From an uncultured Gemmatimonadales bacterium (GTDB lineage Bacteria; Gemmatimonadota; Gemmatimonadetes; Gemmatimonadales; GWC2-71-9): a stretch of 64,000 nt of DNA. Location: assembly GCA_963795085.1 (NCBI GenBank), contig CAWCFX010000006.1, forward strand, positions 352,001 through 416,000. Direction: 5' to 3'. The notes below the pieces were generated by a model, which ran no database searches, was not told the DNA's origin, and saw nothing but the letters and a program-made list of their open reading frames with translations. Of this stretch, positions 1 through 10,001 are shown one piece after another. Within the stretch, counting starts at the first letter, position 1. Each line of letters starts with the position of its first letter. A program made the position numbers and the translations under genes.

Positions 1-175
1 CGAGCATCTCGCTCGCCACCGCCGACTTGAGCCCGTAGATGCGGGCAATACCGTCCTTTACCTCGAGGACAGTCCCAACTTCCTTGACGTCCACCGAGCC
101 CAGGTCGGCGTTTTCGATCTCCCGGAGCAGCACGTCCTTCAGCTCGCCGGGACGGAGAATGGATTCAGTGGCCAT
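1..175 (-). CDS. atpA: F1F0 ATP synthase subunit alpha, 5' part (runs off the window)
   Basis: Manual translation MATESILRPGELKDVLLREIE...EVGTVLEVKDGIARIYGL matches the AtpA N-terminal motif. Confidence 0.92.
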   Translation of the reverse strand, partial: MATESILRPGELKDVLLREIENADLGSVDVKEVGTVLEVKDGIARIYGLKSAVASEML

Positions 176-354
176 AGGTATGCGGTGACGGTTCAGAAGA
201 GGGTTGAGTGCCTAGCTTGTGAAAAATATCACAATCTAGAACGGACCGCAACAGAGGGCTACAAGATACACCGCCTCCCCCGGGGAAGCGACCGCCACGC
301 TCCGGCCGGCATAGTCAGCGTAACCCCATATCTGATCGGGAGATGAGCGGAAGA

Positions 355-1122
355 CTAACCCCGGCTTCTGGTGTTGCCACGGGCGAACAGGCCCAGCACG
401 CCCCGGGGCCCGGCCCGGGGCAGTTGCTGGGCACCCATTCCCGCGACCCGACGGGCGGTCTCGCTCAGGTGGCTCGAGGAAGCGAAGCCGAGGATCCGGG
501 CCACACCGCCAGCGGAGTAGCCGGGATTGCCGAGCAGTTGCGCGGCGCAGGCGATCCGGGTCAGGTCGATCACCCGCTTCAGATTGGGTGCTCCGCCGGC
601 GCCGAACTGCCGGGACAGGTGCTCCCGGCTCACGTTGAAGCGGCGAGCGACGTCCTCGGTGCGGGCCGGCTCCGCGACGTTCACGAGCAGGTACTCCCAC
701 ACGTCGCGCTGCAACGGTTCCGAGAGGCGCAGCACCCGGGGCGCATCGGCCATCAGCCGGCGCCGCTCGGCGCTGAGGGAAACCCGGCCGATCATGCCGC
801 CCAGGGCCGCATCGTCCACCCCCTCGACCGCCACGGCGACACCGGCCCGGCAGCAGCGCTCCAGCACCTCGCCGTCATCGGGCCGGAAGGGCGCGAACAT
901 GAGGCGCGGGATGCCCGGAAACCGGGTGAACAGGCTGGCCATCTCGGAGGCCTGCGCCACCCGGGGGGCGGTCACGATCGCCTCGACCACCCGGGTCTCC
1001 AGCAGCCGGGCGAGTCCGGCGGGCCCCCGGCAGGATGCGACCCGGGGGCCTTCGCGGGGAACCGCCCGCCGCAGCGCGACAATGCCCCGGCGGCTCTCCA
1101 GGAGCGCGGCGATGACGGCCAC
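355..1122 (-). CDS. AraC-family HTH transcriptional regulator
   Basis: C-terminal dual HTH (VARRFNVSREHLSRQF...VARILGFASSSHLS). Confidence 0.8.
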   Translation of the reverse strand: MAVIAALLESRRGIVALRRAVPREGPRVASCRGPAGLARLLETRVVEAIVTAPRVAQASEMASLFTRFPGIPRLMFAPFRPDDGEVLERCCRAGVAVAVEGVDDAALGGMIGRVSLSAERRRLMADAPRVLRLSEPLQRDVWEYLLVNVAEPARTEDVARRFNVSREHLSRQFGAGGAPNLKRVIDLTRIACAAQLLGNPGYSAGGVARILGFASSSHLSETARRVAGMGAQQLPRAGPRGVLGLFARGNTRSRG

Positions 1123-1124
1123 CG

Positions 1125-1625
1125 CTACTCCAGGCGGATTACGGGAGTGGAATCGGGCTCCGGCCGGGGACGGCCGGCGCCCACCGCGACCAGGGTGCGG
1201 GCCATTTCGCCGGCCCGGCGCAGCACCCCCCGGGCATTGTCATAGCTCAGGGTCTGCACCGCCTCCTCGTAGGTGCACCAGGTGCATTCGGTGATGCCCT
1301 CATCCTGCTGCGGCAGCGGGTCTCCCGCCGGGCTCTCGACCAGGAAAAAATGACAGTACTTGTGAATGAACTTGCCGCGGAACCGGAAATACCAATCGAT
1401 GATCCGGATGGGCCCCTGGACCGTCAACTGCTCCAGCCCGGTCTCCTCCCGCGTCTCCCGCAGGGCCGCCTCGGCCGGCGTTTCGTCCGCTTCGAGGTGA
1501 CCCTTGGGGAATCCCCAGTTGCCGTAGGAGTCCCGGATCAGGAGAAAGCGCACGATCCCCTCCGGCGACCGCCGGAAGACGATCCCGCCGGCGCTGACCT
1601 CCCTGACCGCTTTCCGTTTCGCCAT
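1125..1625 (-). CDS. NUDIX hydrolase (Ap4A hydrolase-like)
   Basis: SAGGIV, WGFPKGHLEADETPAEAALRETREETGL Nudix box. Confidence 0.9.
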   Translation of the reverse strand: MAKRKAVREVSAGGIVFRRSPEGIVRFLLIRDSYGNWGFPKGHLEADETPAEAALRETREETGLEQLTVQGPIRIIDWYFRFRGKFIHKYCHFFLVESPAGDPLPQQDEGITECTWCTYEEAVQTLSYDNARGVLRRAGEMARTLVAVGAGRPRPEPDSTPVIRLE

Positions 1626-1635
1626 CAACACCCTC

Positions 1636-1670
1636 TACAGTGGCAGTGAGCAGTGAGCGGTGAGCGGGCT
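1636..1670. repeat. Short intergenic 7-mer tandem repeat (CAGTGAG-like)
   Basis: cagtggcagtgagcagtgagcggtgagcgg; the same unit recurs at 63981-64000. Confidence 0.55.
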
Positions 1671-1735
1671 GAAGGACAGTGCCGTCTCGGGGAGTGCCCG
1701 CCGCGAGGCCGGTTGGCCGCTCATGCCTGCCGCAG

Positions 1736-2743
1736 CTAAAAAACCGAGAACTTGAAATACTTCCGCGGGTTCGCCTGGATGTCGGTCAGCAGCTGCCGCA
1801 TCTGGATGACGGTGGCCGTGGTTTCCCGGTACAGCGTCGAGTCCGCGGTCAGGAGGCCCAGGGTGCCCCGCCCGGACTGCATCCGCCGCAACAGCGTGTC
1901 GGCGGTCGTGAGTACCCGGATGAGGCTGGCTTCGTTGGACCGCACGGCCGCCATGAGGGCGCGCAGGTCGGCGGACGCCTGGCGGAAATCGCCGGTGGCG
2001 TCCCGTCCGGTATTGAGAATGTCGGCCAGCTGGCCGGCGCTGGTGGCCGAATCCACCCGCGCCAGGGTGTTCTCGAGGCTGCGCGAAGCGCCGGTGAAAT
2101 GCCCGCTGGACGTGGCGAGGTTGCCGGTGACCCGGTCCAGCCGGCCGGTCTGCTGGTGGGTGAACTCCTCGAGCTTGGCCACGGTCTGCGCGAAATCGCG
2201 GAGGGTGCCGCGCAGGTCCTGCACCGCGGCGGAGTCGAACGCGGTCTCTACCCGGTCGGCCAGTGCGGCGATGTCGCCGGCGATCCGGCCGGCCTGGGCC
2301 GTCAGTTGCCCCACGTCGGGCAGGGTCGCCCCGGGCCATTCCCCCCCGCCGGGGCCGGCGGCTTCGGCCAGCATCATCCGGAGCGAGGGATCCTCCTGGG
2401 GGATATCCCCGGAGACGATACCGGCCTCCCATTCCCCGAACAGGCTGCTGGACGCCGCGATCACGACGGGCCGCGCGGGCAGCTCCACGTCGGTGCGTAC
2501 CCGGAGATCGGCTTCCACCCAGTTATCGCTGGCCAGCCGGATCTGCTGGACTCGGCCGACCTTGACGCCGCGGAGGGTGACCGGGGCACCCACGCCGAGG
2601 CCGCCAACGGTGCGGAACCGGGCGGTATATACCTGCTCCAGCTTCCCGATGCTGGCGTCGCTCAGCCAGAGCGCCGCGGCGATGACGCCGGCCAGAGCCA
2701 GCAGCACCGCGAGGCCGACGAGAAACTCGTTCTTATGCCTCAT
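1736..2743 (-). CDS. mlaD: MCE/MlaD family protein
   Basis: N-terminal TM helix, GL.VGAPV.LRGV.VG.V MCE motif, helical tail ending NPRKYFKFSVF. Confidence 0.88.
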   Translation of the reverse strand: MRHKNEFLVGLAVLLALAGVIAAALWLSDASIGKLEQVYTARFRTVGGLGVGAPVTLRGVKVGRVQQIRLASDNWVEADLRVRTDVELPARPVVIAASSSLFGEWEAGIVSGDIPQEDPSLRMMLAEAAGPGGGEWPGATLPDVGQLTAQAGRIAGDIAALADRVETAFDSAAVQDLRGTLRDFAQTVAKLEEFTHQQTGRLDRVTGNLATSSGHFTGASRSLENTLARVDSATSAGQLADILNTGRDATGDFRQASADLRALMAAVRSNEASLIRVLTTADTLLRRMQSGRGTLGLLTADSTLYRETTATVIQMRQLLTDIQANPRKYFKFSVF

Positions 2744-3537
2744 GGGATAGCGCGCCGCATCGGAACCTCCGAAGGATCAATGGCGAACGGCTGATGGCTC
2801 ATGGCTGCACCGGGTTCCGGCCGGCCTTCGAGAAACTGCCGCACCACCGGGTCCGCCGACTCCTGCATCTCGGATACCGTCCCCTCCTGCCGGATGGTGC
2901 CCTCGAAGAGCATGGCCATCCGGTTGCCGACGGTGTAGGCGCTGCGGAGATCATGGGTGACCACGACACCGGTGACCCCGAGCTCGCCCTGGGTACGGAG
3001 GATCAGCTGATCGATGATGGCCGAGGTGACCGGGTCGAGACCGGTGGTCGGCTCGTCGTAGAGAATGTAGCGGGGGGACATGGCAATCGCCCGGGCGATG
3101 CCCACCCGTTTTCGCATGCCGCCGGAGAGCTCGGCGGGATACCGTTCCTCCGATCCCTGGAGATCCACCATCCGGAGGCTGTCGCGTACCCGCTGCTCGA
3201 TGGTATCGGGGTCGAGCTTCCGCTTGCGGAGTCCCAGCCGGAGATTGTCGGCCACGGTCATTGAATCGAAGAGGGCGGCGAACTGAAAGACAAAGCCGAT
3301 GTCGCCCCGGAGCGCCACCAGCTCGTCGCGGGAGCGGTCGTCCACCGCCCGCTCGTCCACCAGGACCCGGCCCGCATCCGGCGAGAGCAGACCGCAGATC
3401 AGCTTGAGCGCCACGCTCTTCCCGGTCCCGGAATAGCCGAGGATGACCGTGGTCTGCCCATCGGGGATCACCAGGTCCAGCCCGCGGAGCACTTCCCGGT
3501 CGCCGAATCCCTTGTGGACGGCCTCAAGGCGGATCAC
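2740..3537 (-). CDS. mlaF: MlaF-like ABC ATPase
   Basis: Walker A GYSGTGKS, LSGGMRKRV, YDEPTTGLDP; GTG start overlaps the mlaE stop. Confidence 0.9.
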   Translation of the reverse strand: MIRLEAVHKGFGDREVLRGLDLVIPDGQTTVILGYSGTGKSVALKLICGLLSPDAGRVLVDERAVDDRSRDELVALRGDIGFVFQFAALFDSMTVADNLRLGLRKRKLDPDTIEQRVRDSLRMVDLQGSEERYPAELSGGMRKRVGIARAIAMSPRYILYDEPTTGLDPVTSAIIDQLILRTQGELGVTGVVVTHDLRSAYTVGNRMAMLFEGTIRQEGTVSEMQESADPVVRQFLEGRPEPGAAMSHQPFAIDPSEVPMRRAIP

Positions 3538-4295
3538 AGCAGCACCACGGCCCAGAAGGCATCGAGCACCAGGATGGCCATGCACCCCAGGACCACCGCT
3601 TTGGTGGTGCCCCGGCCCACCCCTTCGGCACCGCCCTCGGTCCGAAGCCCCATGATGCAGCCCATCAGGGTGACGGCCCCGCCGAAACTGGCCGCCTTGA
3701 CCAGGCCAAACCAGATGTCCTTGAACTGGTAGAAAAGCCGGATGCCCTTGGCGAACTCGGGGTTGGACAGGTCCAGCAGGTTGACGGCGGTGATCCAGCC
3801 GGCGGCGATCCCGGTGAGCATCGCGAAGGCGGTGATGATGGGGAACATCAGCACCCCCGCCAGCACCCGGGGCACCACGAGATAGGAGTGGGGGTTGAAG
3901 GCCAGGGTCTCGAGGGCGTCGATCTGCTCGGTCACCTTCATGGTGCCGACTTCCGCGGCGATATTGGCACCGACCCGGCCGGCGAGGGCCAGCCCGGTGA
4001 GCACCGGCCCCAGTTCCATCATGATGGTCTTACCGACCAGGGCGCCGACGAACGACCGGGGCACCGCGCCAGTGAAGATGTAGCTGGACAGCAGGGCGAG
4101 GACGATGCCGGTGAAGACGGCGATGAACAGCGCGATGGGGATGGAATCCACGCCCAGGCGCCTCATCTGGCCGATGAGCAGAGGACCCCAGGTAGAGATG
4201 TCGGAAGCAGCGCGAGCGGAATCCGCCGCGGCCCGCCCAATCCGGCGCACTGCTCCGGACAGGCCGCTCGGCTGCCGAGCCAGGGCGTACGTCAC
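3534..4295 (-). CDS. mlaE: MlaE family ABC permease
   Basis: ELGPVLTGLALAGRVGA...MKVTEQIDALE, GGAEGVGRGTT motifs. Confidence 0.92.
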   Translation of the reverse strand: MTYALARQPSGLSGAVRRIGRAAADSARAASDISTWGPLLIGQMRRLGVDSIPIALFIAVFTGIVLALLSSYIFTGAVPRSFVGALVGKTIMMELGPVLTGLALAGRVGANIAAEVGTMKVTEQIDALETLAFNPHSYLVVPRVLAGVLMFPIITAFAMLTGIAAGWITAVNLLDLSNPEFAKGIRLFYQFKDIWFGLVKAASFGGAVTLMGCIMGLRTEGGAEGVGRGTTKAVVLGCMAILVLDAFWAVVLL

Positions 4296-4330
4296 GGATC
4301 AAAGGTACGGATTGGAGAGAGGAGTGTAAA

Positions 4331-4413
4331 GAGTACTGAGTACTGAGTGCTGAGTGCTGAGTACTGAGCGCTGAGTTCACTACAATGCGCGCTGCACTCT
4401 GCACTCTGCACTC
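4331..4413. repeat. 7-mer tandem repeats (GAGTACT/GAGTGCT) with a partly inverted (GCACTCT)3 arm
   Basis: Read directly between the sigma gene and mlaE. Confidence 0.75.
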
Positions 4414-4417
4414 CCCC

Positions 4418-5442
4418 TCAGGCCGCGAAGCTGGCCAGGGCCCGGCCGACCTCCCCTTCGCGGAGGCGGCGGAGGGCACGGTCGCGGAGCTGCCGCACCC
4501 GTTCCCGGGTCACCCCCAGCATCCCGCCGATCTCTTCGAGCGTGTGCTCCCGCCCCCCGTCCAGCCCGAAATAGAGCCGGAGAACCTTGGCATCGCGGGG
4601 GGGAGGGTGGTCAGGGCGTGCCGGATCTCATCGGACAGGAAGCGGTCCATTGCCGCGTCTTCGACGTTGCCCTGCCCTTCGGCGACGAACCGGTCGATCA
4701 TGGAACGGTCGCCCTCGGGGTCGAGCGGCGCATCCAGCCGGATCTCCGCGGTATTGAGCTGGGCCAGCGACTGGACCACGTCCACCGCCAGCCCGGTGGA
4801 GTTGGCGATCTCCTCTGGGGTGGGCTCCCGTCGGAGTTCTTGCCGAAGGGCTTCCGCGGCGCGCACGATGCGGGAGAGGTCGGCGGTGCGGTTGAGCGGC
4901 ACCCGGACGGTACGGCCCTGCCGGGCCAGCGAGGCGAGGATGGCCTGCCGGATCCACCAGACAGCGTACGAAATGAACTTCACCCCCATGTCCGGGTCGA
5001 ACTTCCGGGCGGCGGTCAGCAGCCCCACGTTGCCCTCGCCGATCAGGTCGATCAGGGCCAATCCGCGGTTCTGGTACTTCTTGGCCACCGAGATCACGAA
5101 CCGGAGGTTACGCTTGACCAACTCCTGCATGGCCTCTTCGTCACCGGCCCGCACCTTGCGCGCGATCGCGATTTCCTGCGGCTGGGAGAGCAGCGGGGTC
5201 TTGCTGACCTCGAAGAGGTACTGGTCCAGGATGTCCTTATCGGCCTCGTACACCCCCAGCGACCTGGCGGTCTCGCGCTTGCGCGCACGCGGCTTCCGGG
5301 CCGGGCCGGACTCCTGGAGGATTTCGTCCAGGGTGAGGTCATCGGCATACCGGAACGGGGCGGCCGCCGAACCGGCGGGTGCCGGGTCGGGAACCACGGA
5401 TTTCGGGGGGACAGGGGTGTCAGCCGGTTTCTTTTTTTTCAT
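4418..5442 (-). CDS. Sigma-70 family (RpoD/SigA-like, lacking region 1.1) RNA polymerase sigma factor, with a frameshift at G7 run 4597-4603
   Basis: NLRFVISVAKKY, DLIGEGNVGL, KFISYAVWWIRQAI; region 4 (RDAKVLRLYFGLDGGREHTLEEIG...TRERVRQ) continues in another frame to TGA at 4418. Confidence 0.9.
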
Positions 5443-5499
5443 GTATCCAGGGGAATCCTCCAGGCCCGCAAAACATCCTGCAAAAAAGCGGCCCAATGC

Positions 5500-5528
5500 T
5501 TGACACTCCTGCGGGCGAGGACTAGCTT
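5500..5528 (+). promoter_or_regulatory. Sigma-70 promoter of the tRNA cluster
   Basis: TTGACA-17 nt-TAGCTT upstream of tRNA-Ala; a second TTGCCA-17-TAGAAT at 5711-5739 precedes tRNA-Gly. Confidence 0.7.
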
Positions 5529-5575
5529 GCCGTGCTGCTTTGCGACCTCATAGTACGGGGGCGCGACAATATAAT

Positions 5576-5648
5576 GGGGGCGTAGCTCAGTTGGGAGAGC
5601 GCGTGAATGGCATTCACGAGGTCAGGGGTTCGATCCCCCTCGCCTCCA
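5576..5648 (+). tRNA. tRNA-Ala(GGC)
   Basis: Cloverleaf, G3-U70 identity pair, anticodon GGC. Confidence 0.95.
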
Positions 5649-5747
5649 TTAGGTCGGACGGGCGGACCGGCACCAGTGCTCACGCTGGTCGCCGAAGGAT
5701 CAGGGCTCAGTTGCCAACGCTCGGGCGGGACGCTAGAATCCCGGCAC

Positions 5748-5820
5748 GCGGGAATAGCTCAGTTGGTAGAGCACAACCTTGCCAAGGTTGGGGTCGCGGG
5801 TTCGAGTCCCGTTTCCCGCT
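5748..5820 (+). tRNA. tRNA-Gly(GCC)
   Basis: GCGGGAA/TTCCCGC acceptor stem, anticodon GCC. Confidence 0.95.
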
Positions 5821-5925
5821 CTTCGTACCGGCGGACAGGCAGCCAGCCTCTCCAGCCGGGCTTGAAAAGTTCAGGGTGTAAAGTCCGTCGGTTCGCCAGT
5901 TCGGCCGTTCAGCTTTAAGAAACGT

Positions 5926-5999
5926 CGCGGGGTGGAGCAGTCTGGTAGCTCGCCGGGCTCATAACCCGGAGGTCGTGGGTTCAAATCCCACCCCCGCTA
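5926..5999 (+). tRNA. tRNA-fMet(CAT), initiator
   Basis: C1 mismatch, GGG/CCC anticodon stem, anticodon CAT. Confidence 0.93.
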
Positions 6000-6006
6000 T
6001 AAAAAG

Positions 6007-6090
6007 AAGTACTGAGTGAGGAGTACTGAGTACTGAGTCGATGCCCGACCCTCAGTACTCAGTACTTTTGTCTCAGTACTTTGTACTTTT
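6007..6090. repeat. Inverted 7-mer tandem repeats (GTACTGA)n...(TCAGTAC)n forming a hairpin between tRNAs
   Basis: gagtactgagtactgag...ctcagtactcagtact. Confidence 0.8.
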
Positions 6091-6091
6091 G

Positions 6092-6165
6092 GGGCGGTTA
6101 GCTCAGTTGGTTAGAGCGCCACGTTGACATCGTGGAGGTCACAAGTTCGAGCCTTGTACCGCCCA
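6092..6165 (+). tRNA. tRNA-Val(GAC)
   Basis: Cloverleaf, anticodon GAC. Confidence 0.95.
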
Positions 6166-6179
6166 TTCCGATTCACCAG

Positions 6180-6253
<74 letters not shown>

Positions 6254-6283
6254 TTGTAATCGAAGGGATTAAGGACCGGCCTG

Positions 6284-6330
6284 CCTCAATTCCTTCAATT
6301 CCTTCAATTCCCTCAATTCCCTCAATTCCC
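6284..6330. repeat. 9-mer tandem repeat (CCYTCAATT)n
   Basis: About 5 units; same family as 36455-36561 and 44346-44572. Confidence 0.8.
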
Positions 6331-6332
6331 CA

Positions 6333-6406
6333 GGGTCCTTAGCTCAATTGGATAGAGCATCTGACTTCGGATCAGAAGGTTGGGGGTTCGAGTCCCTCAG
6401 GGCCCG
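6333..6406 (+). tRNA. tRNA-Arg(TCG)
   Basis: Cloverleaf nearly identical to the Arg(ACG) gene, anticodon TCG. Confidence 0.93.
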
Positions 6407-6439
6407 CTCCATTGCAGATTGGAGATTGCGAAAACTCCT

Positions 6440-8401
6440 TCAGACCAGCCTTCCCAACGCGTCTTCCACCGCCCGCAACAACTGGTCCGGCGTCATCGGC
6501 TTCTTGAGGACCTGGACGTGCCTGTCCCCCGTATCGTCCAGTTGCACCCGGTCATGGAGCCCCGAGACGTAGATCACCCGGGGCGCCAGGTGCTGCTCCC
6601 GGATCCGGGCGCCCAGCTCCTCTCCCCGCATTCCCGGCATGATCAGGTCAGTCACCACCAGGTCGAATGGCCCCCCGGTGCGCAATAGATCCAGGGCCGA
6701 GTCGCCGTCCGATGCCTCCGTCACCCGGTACCCGGCGCTGTCCAGGGCCCGCGCAATGACGGAACGGACGCCCTCGTCGTCATCCACCACCAGAACCGAC
6801 CGGGCCGGCCGGGGCCGCTCCTCGTGCCGGGGCTTCGGGGGAGCCGGAGCCGGGGCCGGGCGGTCCGCCGCCGGAAGCAGTATCCGGAAAGTCGTACCAT
6901 CCAGAGGGACGCTGTCCACCCAGACATACCCGTTTGACTGCTTGATGCTGCCGTGGACCATGGCGAGGCCGAGTCCGGTGCCCTTGCCGACGTCCTTGGT
7001 GGTGAAGAACGGCTCGAACACGCGTTCCATCGTGGCCCGGTCCATGCCGGCGCCGTTGTCGCTCACGGCGACCATGGCATACTCGCCGGGCGCGACCACC
7101 TCCCGGGAACCAGGCGGCAGGTAGGGATCCCCGATGGTGACGTCCTGCGTCGCGATCAACACGTGACCGCCTTCCGCGATCGCGTCGCGGGCGTTGAAGA
7201 CCAGGTTCAGGAGAACCTGTTCCAGCTGGTCCGGATCGGCCAGCACCGGCTTCAGGCGCTGGCCCAGGTGGACATGGAGAGAGCCCTTGTGCTCGAGCGC
7301 CCGTTCCAGGGCGGTCAGCATGTTGCTGACGACCGCGTTCAGGTCCACCTCGCTGGTCCGCAGGACCTGCCGGCGGCTGAAGGCAAGCAGCTGGGTCGTG
7401 ATGCCGGAGGTCCGCTCGGCCGCCCGCCGGAGTTGCTCGACGTCCTCCCTTACCACGGGGGGGAGATCTTTGCGCCGAAGGATGAAATCGGCGCATCCCA
7501 GCACCACCGTCATCTGGTTGTTGGCCTCATGGGCGACGCCCCCCGCCAGGCGTCCCACGGACTCCAGCCGCCGGATTTCCTGCTGCTCCTCTTCGCTGGC
7601 CTTCTGGTCGGTGATATCCATGGTCACCGCGGCCAGCCGGGCACCGGCCTCCCGGGTGCGAAAGGTCTTGACCTGGGTGGAGAGCCAGCGGGGCGAACCG
7701 TCCTCCCGGTTAATCCGGAAACTGATGAAGTGCATGGCCGCGTCGGCACGCGCCCGTTCCAGGGTTTCCTCCAGAACCGGCCGGTACGCGGCATCCACCC
7801 GGCCGAGCAGTTGTCCCAGCCGGTCAATGGGACGCTGCCCCTCCACTCCGAAGAGTTGAAACACATGGGGGTCCCCCGTGACCACGTCGGCTTCGGGGTC
7901 CCACAACCAGGTGCCGACCCCGGTCGCGTGGAGCGCCATCTGCCGGCGCTCTTCGCTTTCCCGGAGGGCGAGGTCGGTCGCCAGCCGGCCCTCGACCTCC
8001 CGCTTGAGGGCATCGAGCTGCTCGTTGAGACGGTGGAACCCCTCCACCCCCGCGGCGCGCGGCCGAAGCCGGAGCAGGATGCCTTGCGGCGGCCCGCCGT
8101 TCGAGCCGGTGATGGCGGCGCCATCGATCCGCAATGGAAGCGGGCTGCTGCCTGGCCGATGAAACGCCAGCTGCCCCGGCAACAGAGATCCGGTCCGTCC
8201 GCACCGTTCCAGGTAGCCCAGGACCTTCTCGGCCGACTCGTCCACCAGCCCGGCCAGCGGCTGGCCCCGGAGTGAGGCGGATGGGCGGCCCAGCAGGGAG
8301 GCCGCCGAGGCGTTTGCCTCCACGATCCGTCCGTCGTATGACACGATGAGGGTGGCTTCCGGCAGGCAGGCAAGCAGGTCCTGATACAGCGATGCGGTCA
8401 C
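6440..8401 (-). CDS. Hybrid sensor histidine kinase (PAS-PAS-HisKA-HATPase-REC)
   Basis: [10 protein letters not shown]-box, [16 protein letters not shown]-terminal receiver; GTG start overlaps the upstream TGA. Confidence 0.92.
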   Translation of the reverse strand: MTASLYQDLLACLPEATLIVSYDGRIVEANASAASLLGRPSASLRGQPLAGLVDESAEKVLGYLERCGRTGSLLPGQLAFHRPGSSPLPLRIDGAAITGSNGGPPQGILLRLRPRAAGVEGFHRLNEQLDALKREVEGRLATDLALRESEERRQMALHATGVGTWLWDPEADVVTGDPHVFQLFGVEGQRPIDRLGQLLGRVDAAYRPVLEETLERARADAAMHFISFRINREDGSPRWLSTQVKTFRTREAGARLAAVTMDITDQKASEEEQQEIRRLESVGRLAGGVAHEANNQMTVVLGCADFILRRKDLPPVVREDVEQLRRAAERTSGITTQLLAFSRRQVLRTSEVDLNAVVSNMLTALERALEHKGSLHVHLGQRLKPVLADPDQLEQVLLNLVFNARDAIAEGGHVLIATQDVTIGDPYLPPGSREVVAPGEYAMVAVSDNGAGMDRATMERVFEPFFTTKDVGKGTGLGLAMVHGSIKQSNGYVWVDSVPLDGTTFRILLPAADRPAPAPAPPKPRHEERPRPARSVLVVDDDEGVRSVIARALDSAGYRVTEASDGDSALDLLRTGGPFDLVVTDLIMPGMRGEELGARIREQHLAPRVIYVSGLHDRVQLDDTGDRHVQVLKKPMTPDQLLRAVEDALGRLV

Positions 8402-8934
8402 GACGCCTGTACGTACACTCGCCCGTTGGCTTGCTGGGCGTCCCGGGTGGGCGCGAGGTACACCACCACCCGGCACCCCGGATGGCCTTCGGCAATCGTC
8501 TCCTGGAGCTCGACCTTGGCGTAGCCCAGGTTGTCCGCCGCGATGGCGCCAAACACGTTGGACGTCATCATGCACATCGAGGGGCGGCCGATCACCTTAT
8601 CCCCGAAGGGGCAACGCCGGTTGCCGAGGACGATTTTCGTCTCGTCCTGCTCGATGACGTAGAAATCGCCCTCGATCCGCCGTTTGAGGTCCACCAGGAC
8701 CTCCGCGACCTGTTCCTGGTCCAGGTGATCCACCCGGAGCGCCGTGCGGTAGGCGGCGTTGATCGAGTCGCCCATGGACTGCCCGACCAGGGCGACAAAC
8801 CCGGCCGCCTCATCCAGGCCGACCACGTCCTCCAGGGTCCCGGCGAGTTCGCGGATCAGGGTCCGCATGAAAACATCCCGGTCCAGCGGCACCGTGGCCC
8901 GCTCGACCGGGGAATGCACAGGCAGGGGAGGCAT
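8398..8934 (-). CDS. Methanogen output domain 1 (MetOD1, V4R-like) protein
   Basis: DLKRRI.GDF...NRRCPFG...[11 protein letters not shown]...GC pattern with three Cys. Confidence 0.75.
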   Translation of the reverse strand: MPPLPVHSPVERATVPLDRDVFMRTLIRELAGTLEDVVGLDEAAGFVALVGQSMGDSINAAYRTALRVDHLDQEQVAEVLVDLKRRIEGDFYVIEQDETKIVLGNRRCPFGDKVIGRPSMCMMTSNVFGAIAADNLGYAKVELQETIAEGHPGCRVVVYLAPTRDAQQANGRVYVQAS

Positions 8935-8963
8935 GACAGGCTACTTCCGGGTGCCGGTTCGGG

Positions 8964-9740
8964 TCACGCCGCAGTGGCCTGGTAATACGACCGGGCCCGG
9001 TCCAGGATGTCCTCCGCGACCTCCTCGAGGTTCGCCCGCAGCCAGATGACGGTCGCCTCGGCGGAGGGCAGCGAGGCCCAGGCGGGGCGGAAGGTGGACT
9101 TGATCAGGAGCCGGATGCCGTGGGCCCGGTTGCCCAGCACCTCGTCCATCGCCCGGTTCAGGGCCTCACCAAGGTTTTCATCCACCGGGTGCATGTGGGT
9201 ATGGGTGCAGAGCACCGAATCGAGCGTCTCCTGGCTGAAGTCCCGGCTGAACACGTCGATCGGATAGCCGCAGTAGAGGCTGAACGGCGCTGCTTCGATC
9301 AGCCGGTTCCAGTATTCCTCCAGGCGGATCGCGGCGGGAATCCGGTTCTGTTCCCACAGGATGCCGACCATTTCGCCGTAGGCCCGGACCCCGGTGTGGC
9401 CGTTTCGCTGGTGCAGGTCGCGGAGGGCCGACCCGACAACACTCTCGAACCGGAGCCAGTCGGGCTCGCCGTTGACCATGAGCCGGCCCAGGGTTTCGGC
9501 CGCGTCAAGGAACAGGGCCACCCCGTTCTTCCTGGCCTGGGCGAAGCCGGGGCTGGCAGCCAGTTCCCGCATGAGGGCCTGGTTGTGTTCCGGCGTCGCG
9601 ATGACAAGGATGCCTTCGCCCGCCTCCAAACCCTGAGCCAGGTAGCGGCCGACGTTCCGGACCAGTAGATCGCTATCCCCCCCGTACATGTGGACCATGT
9701 GCCTGGGGGCAACGAAGTTGTCGATTTTGAGTGTGGTCAT
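8964..9740 (-). CDS. MEDS (DcmR sensory) domain protein
   Basis: H.VHMY...GL.AGE...VRAYGEMV..LW...AI.LE..WN...LYCGY. Confidence 0.85.
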   Translation of the reverse strand: MTTLKIDNFVAPRHMVHMYGGDSDLLVRNVGRYLAQGLEAGEGILVIATPEHNQALMRELAASPGFAQARKNGVALFLDAAETLGRLMVNGEPDWLRFESVVGSALRDLHQRNGHTGVRAYGEMVGILWEQNRIPAAIRLEEYWNRLIEAAPFSLYCGYPIDVFSRDFSQETLDSVLCTHTHMHPVDENLGEALNRAMDEVLGNRAHGIRLLIKSTFRPAWASLPSAEATVIWLRANLEEVAEDILDRARSYYQATAA

Positions 9741-9927
9741 GGCGGGACCTCCCTGAACCGGCGCCTTCTATGGACTGCATGCGAACCTGCCTTCAATCTA
9801 TCGACTTCGCCGGGCAGGGCAAGAAAGCCGGACCCGCCCCGGCTCCGGGGCCGGAAGTGATTGCAGGTCTTGCAGTAACCGCTTCCCAATGTCGCACGGG
9901 CTGGTTACATTCCCCGCCCTTCCGAGA

Positions 9928-10001
9928 CGGGGCGTAGCGCAGCCTGGTAGCGCGCTTGCTTCGGGAGCAAGAGGTCCCGGGTTCAAATCCCGGCGCCCCG
10001 A
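9928..10001 (+). tRNA. tRNA-Pro(CGG)
   Basis: CGGGGCG/CGCCCCG acceptor stem, anticodon CGG. Confidence 0.95.
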
